Shown here: one piece after another, positions 10,276 through 20,475 of the stretch
Position numbering within the stretch: position 1 is the stretch's first letter
How the letters are laid out: each line of letters starts with the position of its first letter
Assembly: GCA_001543385.1 (NCBI GenBank)
Contig: LPNH01000005.1
Span: forward strand, 17,680 to 81,679
Length of the DNA stretch: 64,000 nt
Source: Candidatus Hemicellulosilyticus sp. P3
GTDB taxonomy: Bacteria; Bacteroidota; Bacteroidia; Bacteroidales; P3
Direction: 5' to 3'
Notes under the pieces: model-generated
Seen by the model: only the letters and a program-made list of their open reading frames with translations
The model's database searches: none
Told to the model about the DNA's origin: nothing
Translations under genes and position numbers: made by a program

Positions 10276-11382
10276 TTATTTTGTGTCAGACGGCGGCGAC
10301 GCGATATGAGCCAGAGTGTAGTCGATATGGGGGTATTGCCGGAAAATCTGCTCGATGCGGCCGGGCTGGGTGTCGGTGAGGAAGACCTGGCCGAAAGCAT
10401 CGCCGCCGACCATCTCGAGCAATTGCGAGATGCGCTGCATGTCGAGTTTGTCAAAGATGTCGTCAAGCAACAGCACGGGCTTGATGCCAAAGTGCCGGAA
10501 TATATAGTCGAACTGAGCTAATTTAAGCGACAGCGTGACAGACTTTTGCTGTCCCTGCGAACCGAATCGCCGCACAGAGAATCCTCCCACCAGGACATCA
10601 AAATCGTCTTTATGCGGACCGACGGTGGTGTACTGGGCCGCAGTGTCGCGACGCAGATTGTCGCGCATCATTGATGCATAGTCCTCGGGGAGTTCCAGCT
10701 GCGACACGTAGCGAAGCTTGGGCTGCTCGGTCTGGCGTGAGAGAAAGCGATAGTATTTTTCGAAGAGTGGCGTGAAGGCGTCGAGGAAAGCACGCCGTCC
10801 GCCATAGAGTGCGGTCCCGTGTTGCACCAACTGGTCGTCCCAGACGGCAAGCAACGCGTCGTCAGTGCGCCGTTCCTCATAGAGTTGCTTGAGAAGGCGG
10901 TTGCGCTGCGACAACGCTTTTTGGTAGCTGAGCAGATGCATTAAGTAGTCGCGGTCGACCTGCGAGATAACCCCGTCGACAAATTTGCGCCGCTGGTCGC
11001 TGCCACCGATGATCATCTGTTGGTCGTTGGGAGAGACCATGACCAACGGCACCCGTCCGATGTGCTCGGCGAAGGAGCGGCACATCTTGCCGTCCCACCG
11101 CATTTTCTTCTGCCCGTTTTGAAACAGGCATGAGGCCTGTATCTGTGCGTCGCCGGACTGATAGGTGCCGTGAATGGCAAAGAGCTGTTCGCCGCTGTGG
11201 ATGTTTTGACTGTCTAACGGGTTAAAGTAGCTCTTGCAGAACGAGAGATAGTAAATGGCGTCGAGCAGGTTGGTCTTCCCCACTCCATTGTTGCCGACCA
11301 AGCAGTTGACATTGCTTTCAAAGGCGATGTCAAAGTCAACGTAGTTCTTGAAATTAACAAGTTTAAGTCGTTTCAGATACAT
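10276..11382 (-). CDS. recF: DNA replication/repair protein RecF
   Basis: It has MYLKRLKLVNFKNY, the Walker A GNNGVGKTNLLDAI, and the C-terminal LLLDDIFDKLD. The start is set at the MYLKRL ATG (11382). Confidence 0.95.
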   Translation of the reverse strand: MYLKRLKLVNFKNYVDFDIAFESNVNCLVGNNGVGKTNLLDAIYYLSFCKSYFNPLDSQNIHSGEQLFAIHGTYQSGDAQIQASCLFQNGQKKMRWDGKMCRSFAEHIGRVPLVMVSPNDQQMIIGGSDQRRKFVDGVISQVDRDYLMHLLSYQKALSQRNRLLKQLYEERRTDDALLAVWDDQLVQHGTALYGGRRAFLDAFTPLFEKYYRFLSRQTEQPKLRYVSQLELPEDYASMMRDNLRRDTAAQYTTVGPHKDDFDVLVGGFSVRRFGSQGQQKSVTLSLKLAQFDYIFRHFGIKPVLLLDDIFDKLDMQRISQLLEMVGGDAFGQVFLTDTQPGRIEQIFRQYPHIDYTLAHIASPPSDTK

Positions 11383-12236
11383 AACTGCTTTAATCTGTCG
11401 GCGACCCGTTCCATCAGCCATCGCGGCGTGCTGGTGGCTCCGGTGACACCCACTGTCTGGCCAGGGGCGAACCAGTCCGCGTCAATTTGAGCGGCGTCGG
11501 AAAGGAAATGGGTGCGGGGTTGAACGTTGAGGCAGTATTGGAACAGGTAGCGTCCGTTGGAGCTGCCTTCGCCGCTGACAAAGAGCAACACATCGACTTG
11601 GCGGGCAAACTGCTGCAACTGCGACACTCGGCTGGTGACACGGCTGCAGATGGTGTCGAACGCCTTGAAGTCGGCGCCATCGGCAAGACGCGCCTGCATA
11701 TTGTCAATCAATTTGCGATACAACTCTGGACTCTTGGTGGTCTGGGAATAGAGCCGGACGGGGCGTTCAAAATCGACGGAATCCAAATCGTCGGGGCCGC
11801 TCACGACGATGGCCGTATTGTCCGTCTGCCCTGTGAGGCCGATAACCTCGGCATGACCCGGCTTGCCGAAAATAACCACCTGTCCATGGCACTGCTGCAT
11901 CTCAAGATAGCCGCGACGGATGCGTTGCTGCAATGCCAGCACAATGGGGCAGGTGGCGTCAACAAGCGTGATGCCGTGCTGTCGTGCCAACTGGTAGGTG
12001 GAAGGGGGCTCCCCATGAGCCCGGATGAGCACCCTGCCGCCCCGCAGCGACGGCAGGTCGGAGTGGCTGATGACCGAAAGCCCCTTGGATCGCAAGCGGT
12101 CGACCTCGGCGTTGTTGTGGACAATGTCACCCAGGCAATGGAGGCTCCCGGTGCAGTCCAGCTCGCGCTCGGCGGCATCAATGGCCTTGACCACGCCAAA
12201 GCAAAAACCAGCATTATTGTCGATGATGATGTTCAT
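11373..12236 (-). CDS. ispH: 4-hydroxy-3-methylbut-2-enyl diphosphate reductase
   Basis: The FCFGVVKAI N-terminus, conserved Cys positions and overall length are typical of IspH/LytB. Confidence 0.94.
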   Translation of the reverse strand: MNIIIDNNAGFCFGVVKAIDAAERELDCTGSLHCLGDIVHNNAEVDRLRSKGLSVISHSDLPSLRGGRVLIRAHGEPPSTYQLARQHGITLVDATCPIVLALQQRIRRGYLEMQQCHGQVVIFGKPGHAEVIGLTGQTDNTAIVVSGPDDLDSVDFERPVRLYSQTTKSPELYRKLIDNMQARLADGADFKAFDTICSRVTSRVSQLQQFARQVDVLLFVSGEGSSNGRYLFQYCLNVQPRTHFLSDAAQIDADWFAPGQTVGVTGATSTPRWLMERVADRLKQLCI

Positions 12237-12245
12237 GGCAATCGT

Positions 12246-13211
12246 TTAGCTCAGGCATTGGTTTTCTTGGTTGGCCAATTCGATGACTTGTTCGTATTCC
12301 GAGGGGGTGAGGTCGTTGAAGAAGAAGTAGACCGGGTTGACCTTCTTGTTGTTCTGCATGACTTCGTAATGGAGGTGAGGTCCCTGGGAAAGCCCGGATG
12401 TGCCCACCACGCCAATCTGCTCGCCACGGCGGACATGCTGGCCTTTGCGGACATGAACCCGGCCCATGTGGGCATAGAGGGTTTTGAAGCCAAACCCATG
12501 GTCTATCACGCACACGGTGCCGTAGCCGGCATAGCCTTCGGCATTGGGACCGGCCAATTCGACCACACCGTCGCCTGTGGCGTAGATGGGCACACCCGAA
12601 TGAGCCGAAAGGTCTATGCCGGTATGCATGCGCATATATCGCAGAATGGGATGATAGCGATAGCCGAAGCCTGACACAATCTGACACTGGGTCTTTTTTA
12701 TCGGCATGATGGCAGGCATGGCTGCCATGCGTTCCTGCTTGTTGCGCGCCATCTCGTACACCTCGTCCATCGACAGCGACTGCACATAGAGACGGTTGCA
12801 GAGGGTGTCGATTTTGGCGGTGGTGTAGCGCAGTATCCTGTCGACATTGTCGCCCGTCGTCAGCAGCGCGGTGAACGGGACGCTGTCGCGCAGGGGCTCG
12901 GCACCGAAAATCACGCGGTAGAGGCCGTCATCGCGCCGTTCAAGGTCGGCCAGCACCTTGTCGGCACGTTCGACGTGGCGGTTGATGACATCCATCTGGC
13001 GACGGTACTGTGCCACCTCGCGTTTGAGCGATTTTTCCTTAGGCGAACCGAAGGCATAAATCCACAGAAGTGTGAACAGCACGCCCAAAACAACACCGGA
13101 AAGCATCGTGAACGAGATTTTCTTGACACGTTCGCTGATGCTCACAATGACCTTCTCGTACTTGAGGGTATGCGGGTTGAAATGGTAGGTATGTCTGTGG
13201 CGGCGTAACAA
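12246..13211 (-). CDS. M23 family metallopeptidase (murein endopeptidase-like)
   Basis: It has an N-terminal TM segment, HTGIDLSA and the GTSGLSQGPHLHYEV M23 motifs. Confidence 0.9.
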   Translation of the reverse strand: MLRRHRHTYHFNPHTLKYEKVIVSISERVKKISFTMLSGVVLGVLFTLLWIYAFGSPKEKSLKREVAQYRRQMDVINRHVERADKVLADLERRDDGLYRVIFGAEPLRDSVPFTALLTTGDNVDRILRYTTAKIDTLCNRLYVQSLSMDEVYEMARNKQERMAAMPAIMPIKKTQCQIVSGFGYRYHPILRYMRMHTGIDLSAHSGVPIYATGDGVVELAGPNAEGYAGYGTVCVIDHGFGFKTLYAHMGRVHVRKGQHVRRGEQIGVVGTSGLSQGPHLHYEVMQNNKKVNPVYFFFNDLTPSEYEQVIELANQENQCLS

Positions 13212-13232
13212 GGGCGAAATGATGACAATAAT

Positions 13233-14174
13233 TTATGAAAGAAGTTGCTGCAACTGCTTCCACGATTGGACAAACTGTTCGACACGTTTCACGCTGCTGA
13301 AGCGGAAATGAAGGTCCAGCCCGGGCAACATAAGCTCGCTCTGAACACCGTCGTTCAACGTTCCATGGCGGATGTCAAGGCTGCTCAGCAGGACGGTGTC
13401 GAAATCGAACGGCGTGCGGAAGATCAGCACACGGTCGGGGAGGATGTACAAAGTCCTGCCCCGTGCGTCGCGCATCAGCGGCAACGGAACCGGAGTGCAG
13501 ACATAGTCCATCGCCCCTAAATCGAAAAAGACACGGCTGTGCTCACTGCCGTCGTGCCGATAATGCATATCCCAGATGTGGTGGATGCGTGAAAGGGTGT
13601 AGAATGTGTCGACCATACGATGGTAACCCTCCATCACATCGGGGCTGTAGAAACCGCTAATATCGAAGGCCGCCATGCGACGGCGTTCATCAAGGGAACG
13701 GAGCGTCCGCTTGCAGTCTTTCAAGTCGGCGGAGAGGCGGTTTTTCTGCGGCCCTTTCATCCTGCGGCGCAAAACGGCAGTCATCCGTTCAAGACGATCT
13801 TCCTCCTGCGCCAGCATCAGCATGTCGACATACGATTCAAAAAGCGCACTGTACATGCGGTCACCCGCAGCCGAAATGGCTTGATTGCCCAGCGAAATCA
13901 ATTTCTCGAATGAAGGCTGTCGGGGGAAAAGCAGGTTGCGATAGGTCGGGGCGAAAGATTCTTTGGCAGCCTGCACACTGCGCATATAGGTCTGACTGTT
14001 GGTGGTACGGGTGAAAAAGCCGCATCCGGGATAGGTCACCGGAACAAATTCGACAAGTCCGTACCCGGTGTCAGGCATCTGCGGAACCTCATAGGGTTGC
14101 TTTAAAGGATAGCGTGACACCCAGATGCGGGTATGCTTGGAAATGCGGACAGGCTTGTATGGGATGATATGCAT
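13233..14174 (-). CDS. Hypothetical protein
   Basis: This is a long ORF with codon usage like its neighbours and no recognisable motif. The start is set at an internal ATG (MHIIPY) to avoid overlap with the lpdA 3' end. Confidence 0.5.
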   Translation of the reverse strand: MHIIPYKPVRISKHTRIWVSRYPLKQPYEVPQMPDTGYGLVEFVPVTYPGCGFFTRTTNSQTYMRSVQAAKESFAPTYRNLLFPRQPSFEKLISLGNQAISAAGDRMYSALFESYVDMLMLAQEEDRLERMTAVLRRRMKGPQKNRLSADLKDCKRTLRSLDERRRMAAFDISGFYSPDVMEGYHRMVDTFYTLSRIHHIWDMHYRHDGSEHSRVFFDLGAMDYVCTPVPLPLMRDARGRTLYILPDRVLIFRTPFDFDTVLLSSLDIRHGTLNDGVQSELMLPGLDLHFRFSSVKRVEQFVQSWKQLQQLLS

Positions 14175-14190
14175 AATTAGCGCGATGAAA

Positions 14191-15570
14191 TCAATTTTCG
14201 TAGGCTGCATCGATGGCCTCGCGGATGGACTCCGACATGGTGGGGTGAGGATGGATACTTCCGGCCACCTGTCTGGCGGTCAAGCCGTTCTGACGGGCCA
14301 CAACGACACCGGCTATCATCTCGGTGACACCCTCGCCGCAGAGATGGCACCCCACGATACGGTCTGTCTGCCTGTCGATAAGCACTTTGACGAACCCGTC
14401 AGTGTTTCCGGCGGCTGTGGCGCGACCGCTGGCACGGAAAAATGTTTTGCCAACACGCAGATCGTAGCCGGCTTCGCGGGCCTTCTTTTCTGTAAGGCCT
14501 ACACTGGCCACCTCGGGAGATATGTAGGTGCAACCCGGCACGTTGTCGTAGTTGATTTTTTCTGCATCGCCGCCAGCCAGATGCTCGACACAGCACACAG
14601 CCTCGACTTCGGCGACATGCGCCAGCGCCGGCCCGTGCACCACGTCGCCGATGGCGTAGTAGCCGGGGACGGAGGTTTGGTAAAAGTCGTCGACAACAAT
14701 TTTGCCGCGCTCGGTGGCGATACCGGTCTCTTCGAGCCCGATGCCTTCAAGATTGGTCACCACGCCCACCGCGCTGAGCACCACGTCGCAGTCGACAACC
14801 ACTTCGGTGTTCTTTTTGGTGTCTTTGACGGTGACATGGCAGATGTCGCCGTCGATGTCGACTTTCTCCACCGACGACGAAGTCATTACTTTCATACCTA
14901 TCTTACGGAAGCTGCGGCTGACAGTTGCAGCTGTCTCCTCGTCTTCGTTGGGCAGAATCTGCGGCATGAATTCGACAAGTGTAACCTGCACCCCGATGCT
15001 CTGATAGAAAAAGGCAAACTCGCTGCCGATGGCACCCGATCCGCACACCAACATGCTTTTAGGCAAGAACGGCAACGTCATGGCCTCACGGTAGCCAATG
15101 ATATGACGGCCGTCCTGCGGCATGGAGGGCATTACCTTGCTGCGGGCGCCGGTGGCGATAATGATATGGTCGGCCTCGTGGCAGACAACACCCTCCGGGC
15201 CCGACACCTCCACACGGTGACCGGGCAGAACCTTGCCTGTGCCCTTCAGCACCTCGACATTGTGTTTCTGCATAAGGAATGCCACGCCTTTGCTCATTGT
15301 TTCAGCCACGCCACGGCTGCGCCGCACCATGGCGTCAAGATCGGCAGCCACGCCGTCGGCTCCGACGCCGTAGTCGGCCGCATGACGCAAGTAAGTGTAG
15401 ACCTGGGCACTCTTGAGCAAAGCCTTGGTGGGAATACACCCCCAGTTGAGGCAGACTCCTCCCAGGTTTTCACGCTCGACAACAGCGGTCTTCAAACCAC
15501 ACTGCGCGCCCCGGACCGCTGCTACGTAGCCTCCCGGACCGCTGCCTATGACGATTAAATCGTATTTCAT
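14191..15570 (-). CDS. lpdA: Dihydrolipoyl dehydrogenase
   Basis: It has the FAD-binding motif GSGPGGY and the redox-active disulfide GGVCLNWGCIPTK. Confidence 0.95.
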   Translation of the reverse strand: MKYDLIVIGSGPGGYVAAVRGAQCGLKTAVVERENLGGVCLNWGCIPTKALLKSAQVYTYLRHAADYGVGADGVAADLDAMVRRSRGVAETMSKGVAFLMQKHNVEVLKGTGKVLPGHRVEVSGPEGVVCHEADHIIIATGARSKVMPSMPQDGRHIIGYREAMTLPFLPKSMLVCGSGAIGSEFAFFYQSIGVQVTLVEFMPQILPNEDEETAATVSRSFRKIGMKVMTSSSVEKVDIDGDICHVTVKDTKKNTEVVVDCDVVLSAVGVVTNLEGIGLEETGIATERGKIVVDDFYQTSVPGYYAIGDVVHGPALAHVAEVEAVCCVEHLAGGDAEKINYDNVPGCTYISPEVASVGLTEKKAREAGYDLRVGKTFFRASGRATAAGNTDGFVKVLIDRQTDRIVGCHLCGEGVTEMIAGVVVARQNGLTARQVAGSIHPHPTMSESIREAIDAAYEN

Positions 15571-15713
15571 AAAGATTATACTATTTATTTAGGTTTACAA
15601 TTCTGCAAAAATACGAAATAAAAGTGAATCGGAAAAGCTCCTGACACGAACGCGCCGATACGTCAACGACGGTAAAAAAGGAGGTGTCGGTGGCTGTTGT
15701 CAACAGAATTTTG

Positions 15714-15721
15714 TACCTTTG
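15714..15721 (+). promoter_or_regulatory. Bacteroidota -7 box (TAnnTTTG)
   Basis: TACCTTTG lies 39 nt upstream of the ATG at 15760. This supports the shorter start with a signal peptide. Confidence 0.4.
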
Positions 15722-15759
15722 CGGCTGGCTTGATGTGGATTCCGATTGATGACGGATTC

Positions 15760-16947
15760 ATGAAAACGGTTTTGCGCATATCACTGTGGGGGTTGCTGGC
15801 AACGGCTTGTTGCGGCAGCGGCTACGCCCAGTATGTACGGCTGAACAGCACGGCAAACCATTCCGCGCTTTATTTCGACCTGAAACACGTGGTCAATTAC
15901 AACATCTATGAGCGCTGGCGATGGGGAGGAGGCCTGTATTGGGTGTCGCCGGACCACACGGCGGGGGCACAATGGCAGGTGCTGCTCTACGGCGCCTTCG
16001 GCACATACGACCGCCGCGCAAAATATGGCGTCACTGTGGCACGGAGCCACCGTGGAGCACACCAGTGGCGCCCCTATGTGGCTTTCTCCGACGATTTGGC
16101 GCAGAATTCGGCGGCATATTTTGACAATATATCCTCTATCTGGCAGGGCGAGAACAATACCCGTTTTGTAGCCTCGCATTTTGTCCGCCAGCAGGCGTTG
16201 CTGGCCGGCGTGTCGGCCCGGTGGGGATTGGCTCAGACGCTGCTTGAGGCACGCTATATGCGCCAACAGGCTCTTTTTGACAACGACCGCCTGCTCTACC
16301 CTGCCCGTGAAGAGATATCGCCCGTCCAAGGACATTTCGCCGAAGTACGCCTGCAAGCCGTCGCCGGAGGTGTCACGGCAGAGCTGCGCGGCAGCACCGC
16401 GTCGGATGTGCCGTCATGGCACTGTCTGCGAGTGCTTCTGCAGTACGACAGAAAGGTGACGTTGGGCAATGGTGGCAGTGTGGACATCTACACCCAAACC
16501 GGTGTGGCCACGTCGACCCATGCCGCCGGCACAGGCCCGTTGCACCGACAGTTTGAATGTTTTGACATCGGCGGCACCTACAACAGTCACTTTTGCTTCC
16601 GCAACAGCCTGCTCACCCTGCCGCCCGACTGTTTTATGGCCGACCGTTTTGTACGCGGAAGTCTGCGGTGTCAGTTTCCGGGCTGCTGGTGGAACAAGCC
16701 GGCCTCGGCGCCGAAACCTTTTGTGCAGACTGTAGCGGCGCTGGGCCGCCACCACAGCACTGAGGATCGGAGTGTCGTGGGCGAGGCGGCGGCAGGCGTG
16801 TCGGGATTGCTGCGATGGAATATGCTTGAGATGGGTTGCGCCGTGGCGTGGCAGATGCTGAACTGTTCGACGGGAGAGACAAGCCTGCGGCCCGACAGCC
16901 AGCACGCACGATGGGCTTTCTTATTTTGCGCCAGCATGCTGATATAA
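15760..16947 (+). CDS. Hypothetical secreted/outer-membrane protein
   Basis: It has a signal-peptide-like N-terminus (MKTVLRISLWGLLATACCGSGYAQ) and is the longest ORF in the region. No family was recognised. Confidence 0.5.
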   Translation: MKTVLRISLWGLLATACCGSGYAQYVRLNSTANHSALYFDLKHVVNYNIYERWRWGGGLYWVSPDHTAGAQWQVLLYGAFGTYDRRAKYGVTVARSHRGAHQWRPYVAFSDDLAQNSAAYFDNISSIWQGENNTRFVASHFVRQQALLAGVSARWGLAQTLLEARYMRQQALFDNDRLLYPAREEISPVQGHFAEVRLQAVAGGVTAELRGSTASDVPSWHCLRVLLQYDRKVTLGNGGSVDIYTQTGVATSTHAAGTGPLHRQFECFDIGGTYNSHFCFRNSLLTLPPDCFMADRFVRGSLRCQFPGCWWNKPASAPKPFVQTVAALGRHHSTEDRSVVGEAAAGVSGLLRWNMLEMGCAVAWQMLNCSTGETSLRPDSQHARWAFLFCASMLI

Positions 16948-16979
16948 TCCAAAAGAAAAAATTACAGAACCACTGATAC

Positions 16980-18443
16980 ATGATGAAACGAATCCTCACA
17001 TTCACCTGCTTGCTTGCCGCCGCATGGGCCGGCCGCGGACAGAGCTATGAGATGGCCTTTGCCATCGACAGGATGCAACAGCCTATGCTTTATGTCGCTC
17101 AGCACTACAGAGACCAGTTTATTGTTCTTGACAGCACCCGACCCGAAAAGGACGGCCGGTATGTCTTTAAGGGTCGGCGGCAGTGGGAACGCGGCATATA
17201 TACCCTGCTTGACAGTTCACGCAAGAAAGCGCTGACCGATTTCACCATTGACGGAAGCCAAAAGTTCACCATCGCCGGCGACTCGACACTCAGCGCAGGC
17301 AGCATCAAGGTGAAGGGGTCGGAAGCCAACTCGCGCATGTTTGAATATATCGCCCGCAACAATGAGGCACGTGTACGGGCCCGCCAGATGGAGAAGGACA
17401 AGAAGTCCTCAGACGCCGCAGTGCGCGAACAGGCTCAGGCCGACCTTGACGCGCTGTCGAAAGAGATGGTGGCCTACGAAGCCTCGATGATTGAACGCTA
17501 CGGCAAGTATCGCTTTTTCGAACTACAACGCATGTTCAGCGGCCCCGCCGTGCCCGACGACGAACGGAACAAGGCAGTCTATTACCGCACGCACTACTGG
17601 GACGGCATCGACCTATCAGACCACAGTCTGATGTATACGCCGGATTTATTCAACAAAATGAATTATTATTTTTTCGGTGTGCTCTATCATGCCGACGCGG
17701 ACACCATCTGCCGCTATGCCGACAGCGTGTTGCAGCGTGTGGAAGGCGACACGGCCATGATGCGCTATTTCATGGATTTCATCATGCCCCGCTACTATCG
17801 CTCGACAAAGAACATCGGATGGGACCAGGTGTGGTGCTATCTGGTGCGCCACTATTATATGGCCGGCAAGTGCGGCTTTGCTTCGAAAGGGGAGCTTAGC
17901 AACAAACGCCAGACGTGCGAGTTTCTGGAGAAGTCGCTTATCGGCGCCCCCGGCATCGAATTGCTGATGGCCGACACCAACCAGTCTGAGAATTCCGCCG
18001 ACTGGATCTCGTCGCACCGGTTCCCGCAGAAGTATGTCATCCTATGGTTCTGGGACCCCGACTGCCACCACTGCAAGGAACAGACCGCAACACTTATCAC
18101 GCTTTACGACTCGCTGAGCGCTGCCGGCAACCGCCCCTTTGAAGTCTATGCCGTAGGCTACGAGAGCGATGTGGCCAAATGGAAGAAGTATGTCAAAGAC
18201 CATCGCCTGCCTTTTGTCAATGTGGGCGGCCCCAACGTCAACGTCGACTACCAGGAGGCTTACAACGTTCACGGCGCACCGACGATGATTATCCTCAACG
18301 CCGACCGGCAGATTATCATGAACAAGACCCTGCCCACCGCCTCTATCCTACCCTTCCTGGAACAGTATGAGAAGCGGCATCCGGAACAAGCCGACAGACC
18401 GCCGTCACGCTGGCAACAGCTCCCCAACGCCCGCTATAGGTAA
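16980..18443 (+). CDS. Thioredoxin-fold (TlpA/AhpC-TSA-like) secreted protein with long N-terminal domain
   Basis: It has a signal peptide and the CxxC motif FWDPDCHHCKEQ in the C-terminal thioredoxin-like domain. Confidence 0.8.
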   Translation: MMKRILTFTCLLAAAWAGRGQSYEMAFAIDRMQQPMLYVAQHYRDQFIVLDSTRPEKDGRYVFKGRRQWERGIYTLLDSSRKKALTDFTIDGSQKFTIAGDSTLSAGSIKVKGSEANSRMFEYIARNNEARVRARQMEKDKKSSDAAVREQAQADLDALSKEMVAYEASMIERYGKYRFFELQRMFSGPAVPDDERNKAVYYRTHYWDGIDLSDHSLMYTPDLFNKMNYYFFGVLYHADADTICRYADSVLQRVEGDTAMMRYFMDFIMPRYYRSTKNIGWDQVWCYLVRHYYMAGKCGFASKGELSNKRQTCEFLEKSLIGAPGIELLMADTNQSENSADWISSHRFPQKYVILWFWDPDCHHCKEQTATLITLYDSLSAAGNRPFEVYAVGYESDVAKWKKYVKDHRLPFVNVGGPNVNVDYQEAYNVHGAPTMIILNADRQIIMNKTLPTASILPFLEQYEKRHPEQADRPPSRWQQLPNARYR

Positions 18444-18520
18444 AGGCAACCTCTAAAAATTCCACGTAAGAACAATAGCTGATAACAACAGAAAGCAATT
18501 TTTAGAGAATGCCTAAACAA

Positions 18521-18560
18521 ACAGACGGAGGGCTGCGCCGTGGCGCAGCCCTCCGTCTGT
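18521..18560. terminator. Bidirectional terminator hairpin between convergent genes
   Basis: A ~18-bp GC-rich inverted repeat acagacggagggctgcgcc / ggcgcagccctccgtctgt. Confidence 0.6.
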
Positions 18561-18581
18561 TGTCATCCATCCCGCCTATCG

Positions 18582-19391
18582 CTACCACCGGAAACCAATG
18601 GTCGCCACAAGACTGATTCTATTGATTTTATCATTCCGATACCAGACAAAAGGATTGAGTTTGGACTTGCCAAAATCATCCGAATTGGAAGTGAAGTCGT
18701 CCAGCGACGAATCCGAGCCAAACAACGGCAACATATAAACAAGGCGGCCTTGCACGAAGAAATTCTCATTGAAACGATATTGTATACCGGCCAAAACGTC
18801 GACACCGAAGTCAAAGCTGAATGGAATGCCCGTGTCTTCACTGGCATAGGCAGACATGGCAAGTTCCGACGCCGACAAGACTGTGGCGTAGCCCAACCCG
18901 CTCACTTCCTCAGATATTTTGCCTTTGAAACGGATATCTTCATAGACACCCACGCCCGCCAAAGCCTGGAACTTCTTTTTCCGCTTCATCTTCTTGATGT
19001 CAAATGCAAAGTAGATACCCTCCATCATGTTCAATGTTGTGCTTTTCACCTTGTAGAGCACATTATTGCTGCTGTTCTCGCCGAAGGACACCGACCAATG
19101 GGTCGAGGTGATCTGGAAGTCGGTGTTAAAACCGAACGCGGTTTTCTTGTTGAGATCCTTTTCCATGCCCCAATGCAAACCCACGGAAGGGGAAACGGCC
19201 ATTTTCACATCGTCGACAATAGTCCCGGCCAGGGGACCGACGAATTTGGCGTTATAGAACGAAACATTCATTCCCGCATCAAGACCCATACGTTGGTCGC
19301 CTTTCCAGAAAACCAGCCATTGCGCATCGGCCAACTGCGTCATGGCGACAAAGGCCAACAGGAAATAAATTTTTTTCATCATAGTGTTCAT
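18582..19391 (-). CDS. Outer-membrane beta-barrel protein (porin-family-like)
   Basis: It has a signal peptide (MKKIYFLLAFVAMTQLADAQ), an alternating hydrophobic pattern, and a C-terminal aromatic residue (..IGFRW). Confidence 0.65.
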   Translation of the reverse strand: MNTMMKKIYFLLAFVAMTQLADAQWLVFWKGDQRMGLDAGMNVSFYNAKFVGPLAGTIVDDVKMAVSPSVGLHWGMEKDLNKKTAFGFNTDFQITSTHWSVSFGENSSNNVLYKVKSTTLNMMEGIYFAFDIKKMKRKKKFQALAGVGVYEDIRFKGKISEEVSGLGYATVLSASELAMSAYASEDTGIPFSFDFGVDVLAGIQYRFNENFFVQGRLVYMLPLFGSDSSLDDFTSNSDDFGKSKLNPFVWYRNDKINRISLVATIGFRW

Positions 19392-19522
19392 TGCGTTAAT
19401 AGTGAATAATAATAAAAGGATTGCGTTGATGGTTTACAAAGTTACAAAATATTTACTACATGAAATATGTAATAAAAGCATTACAAAAATACTAAAAAAA
19501 ATATATTTCAAAAGATTATCCG

Positions 19523-19530
19523 TAAATTTG
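19523..19530 (+). promoter_or_regulatory. Bacteroidota -7 box (TAnnTTTG) upstream of tpiA
   Basis: TAAATTTG lies 40 nt upstream of the tpiA ATG, in an AT-rich divergent intergenic region. Confidence 0.4.
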
Positions 19531-19569
19531 CATCTTACATCAGTGAACACCTTATAATTTATAATCACA

Positions 19570-20331
19570 ATGAGAAAACATATTGTTGCCGGCAACTGGA
19601 AGATGAACAAAACTTTCGAAGAGGCCGAAGAACTGATTGACAATTTGATGACCACCCTCGAAAACACCGAGTTGGCCCCTGACACCTTGATGGTGGTCTG
19701 CCCGCCGTTTCCCTATTTGGAGATGTGCTCCGAATATTCGGAGGATTCCTATTTTCTGCCCGGAGCCCAGAATGTCAGCGATCAAGAGTCCGGAGCCTAT
19801 ACAGGAGAGGTGTCGGCGGCAATGCTGCAATCGCTCGAAATTGCCTATTGCATCGTTGGACACTCGGAGCGCCGTGCCTATTACGGCGAGACAGATGCGA
19901 CAGTGGCAGCCAAGGTGGACCGGCTTCTGGCCCATGACATTCACCCCATTGTCTGCTGCGGCGAGGTGCTACAGGAACGTGAGGACGGACGTCAACTGGA
20001 GGTGGTGGAACGACAAATCCGCGAAGGGCTGTTCCACCTCAGCGCCGAGCAGATAACCGAAGTGGTTGTTGCATACGAGCCGGTGTGGGCCATCGGGACC
20101 GGCAAGACGGCCACTCCCGCCCAAGCACAGGAGATTCATGCCTACATCCGTTCGTTGCTGGCGAAACAGTACGGCGCCGAAATGGCCGACAAGATCAGCA
20201 TACTGTATGGCGGCAGCTGCAAGCCGTCGAATGCCCGCGAAATATTCGCACAGCCCGATGTTGACGGGGGACTTATCGGCGGGGCCGCTCTCAACGCCGA
20301 AGACTTTATGGCTATTGCCAAAGCTTTCTAA
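19570..20331 (+). CDS. tpiA: Triosephosphate isomerase
   Basis: VAGNWKMN, GHSERR and AYEPVWAIGTG motifs are present. Confidence 0.97.
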   Translation: MRKHIVAGNWKMNKTFEEAEELIDNLMTTLENTELAPDTLMVVCPPFPYLEMCSEYSEDSYFLPGAQNVSDQESGAYTGEVSAAMLQSLEIAYCIVGHSERRAYYGETDATVAAKVDRLLAHDIHPIVCCGEVLQEREDGRQLEVVERQIREGLFHLSAEQITEVVVAYEPVWAIGTGKTATPAQAQEIHAYIRSLLAKQYGAEMADKISILYGGSCKPSNAREIFAQPDVDGGLIGGAALNAEDFMAIAKAF

Positions 20332-20337
20332 GTGCTC

Positions 20338-20380
20338 TTGCCCCGGGCTGTCGCCCACTGGTCGCGACAGCCCGGGGCAA
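20338..20380 (+). terminator. Terminator hairpin after tpiA
   Basis: A 17-bp stem ttgccccgggctgtcgc / gcgacagcccggggcaa. Confidence 0.6.
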
Positions 20381-20475
20381 TCTCTTTGGCCGTTTCACCT
20401 ATCCGACACACGTTCAGGCCTGTAAGTATTCGACTTAACGAATAAAACATCCGTTTATCTTATACAAAAAATCAT

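Noticed and set aside
14125-15558. A 477-aa plus-strand ORF antisense to lpdA. Similar cases are 11487-12674, 23233-24699, 37575-38717, 36111-37034, 7033-7971, 18540-19409 and 41644-42405.
   Set aside because: These are shadow ORFs in GC-rich coding DNA. Each overlaps a gene with clear family motifs on the opposite strand and has Arg/Gly/Ala/His-rich, motif-free translations.
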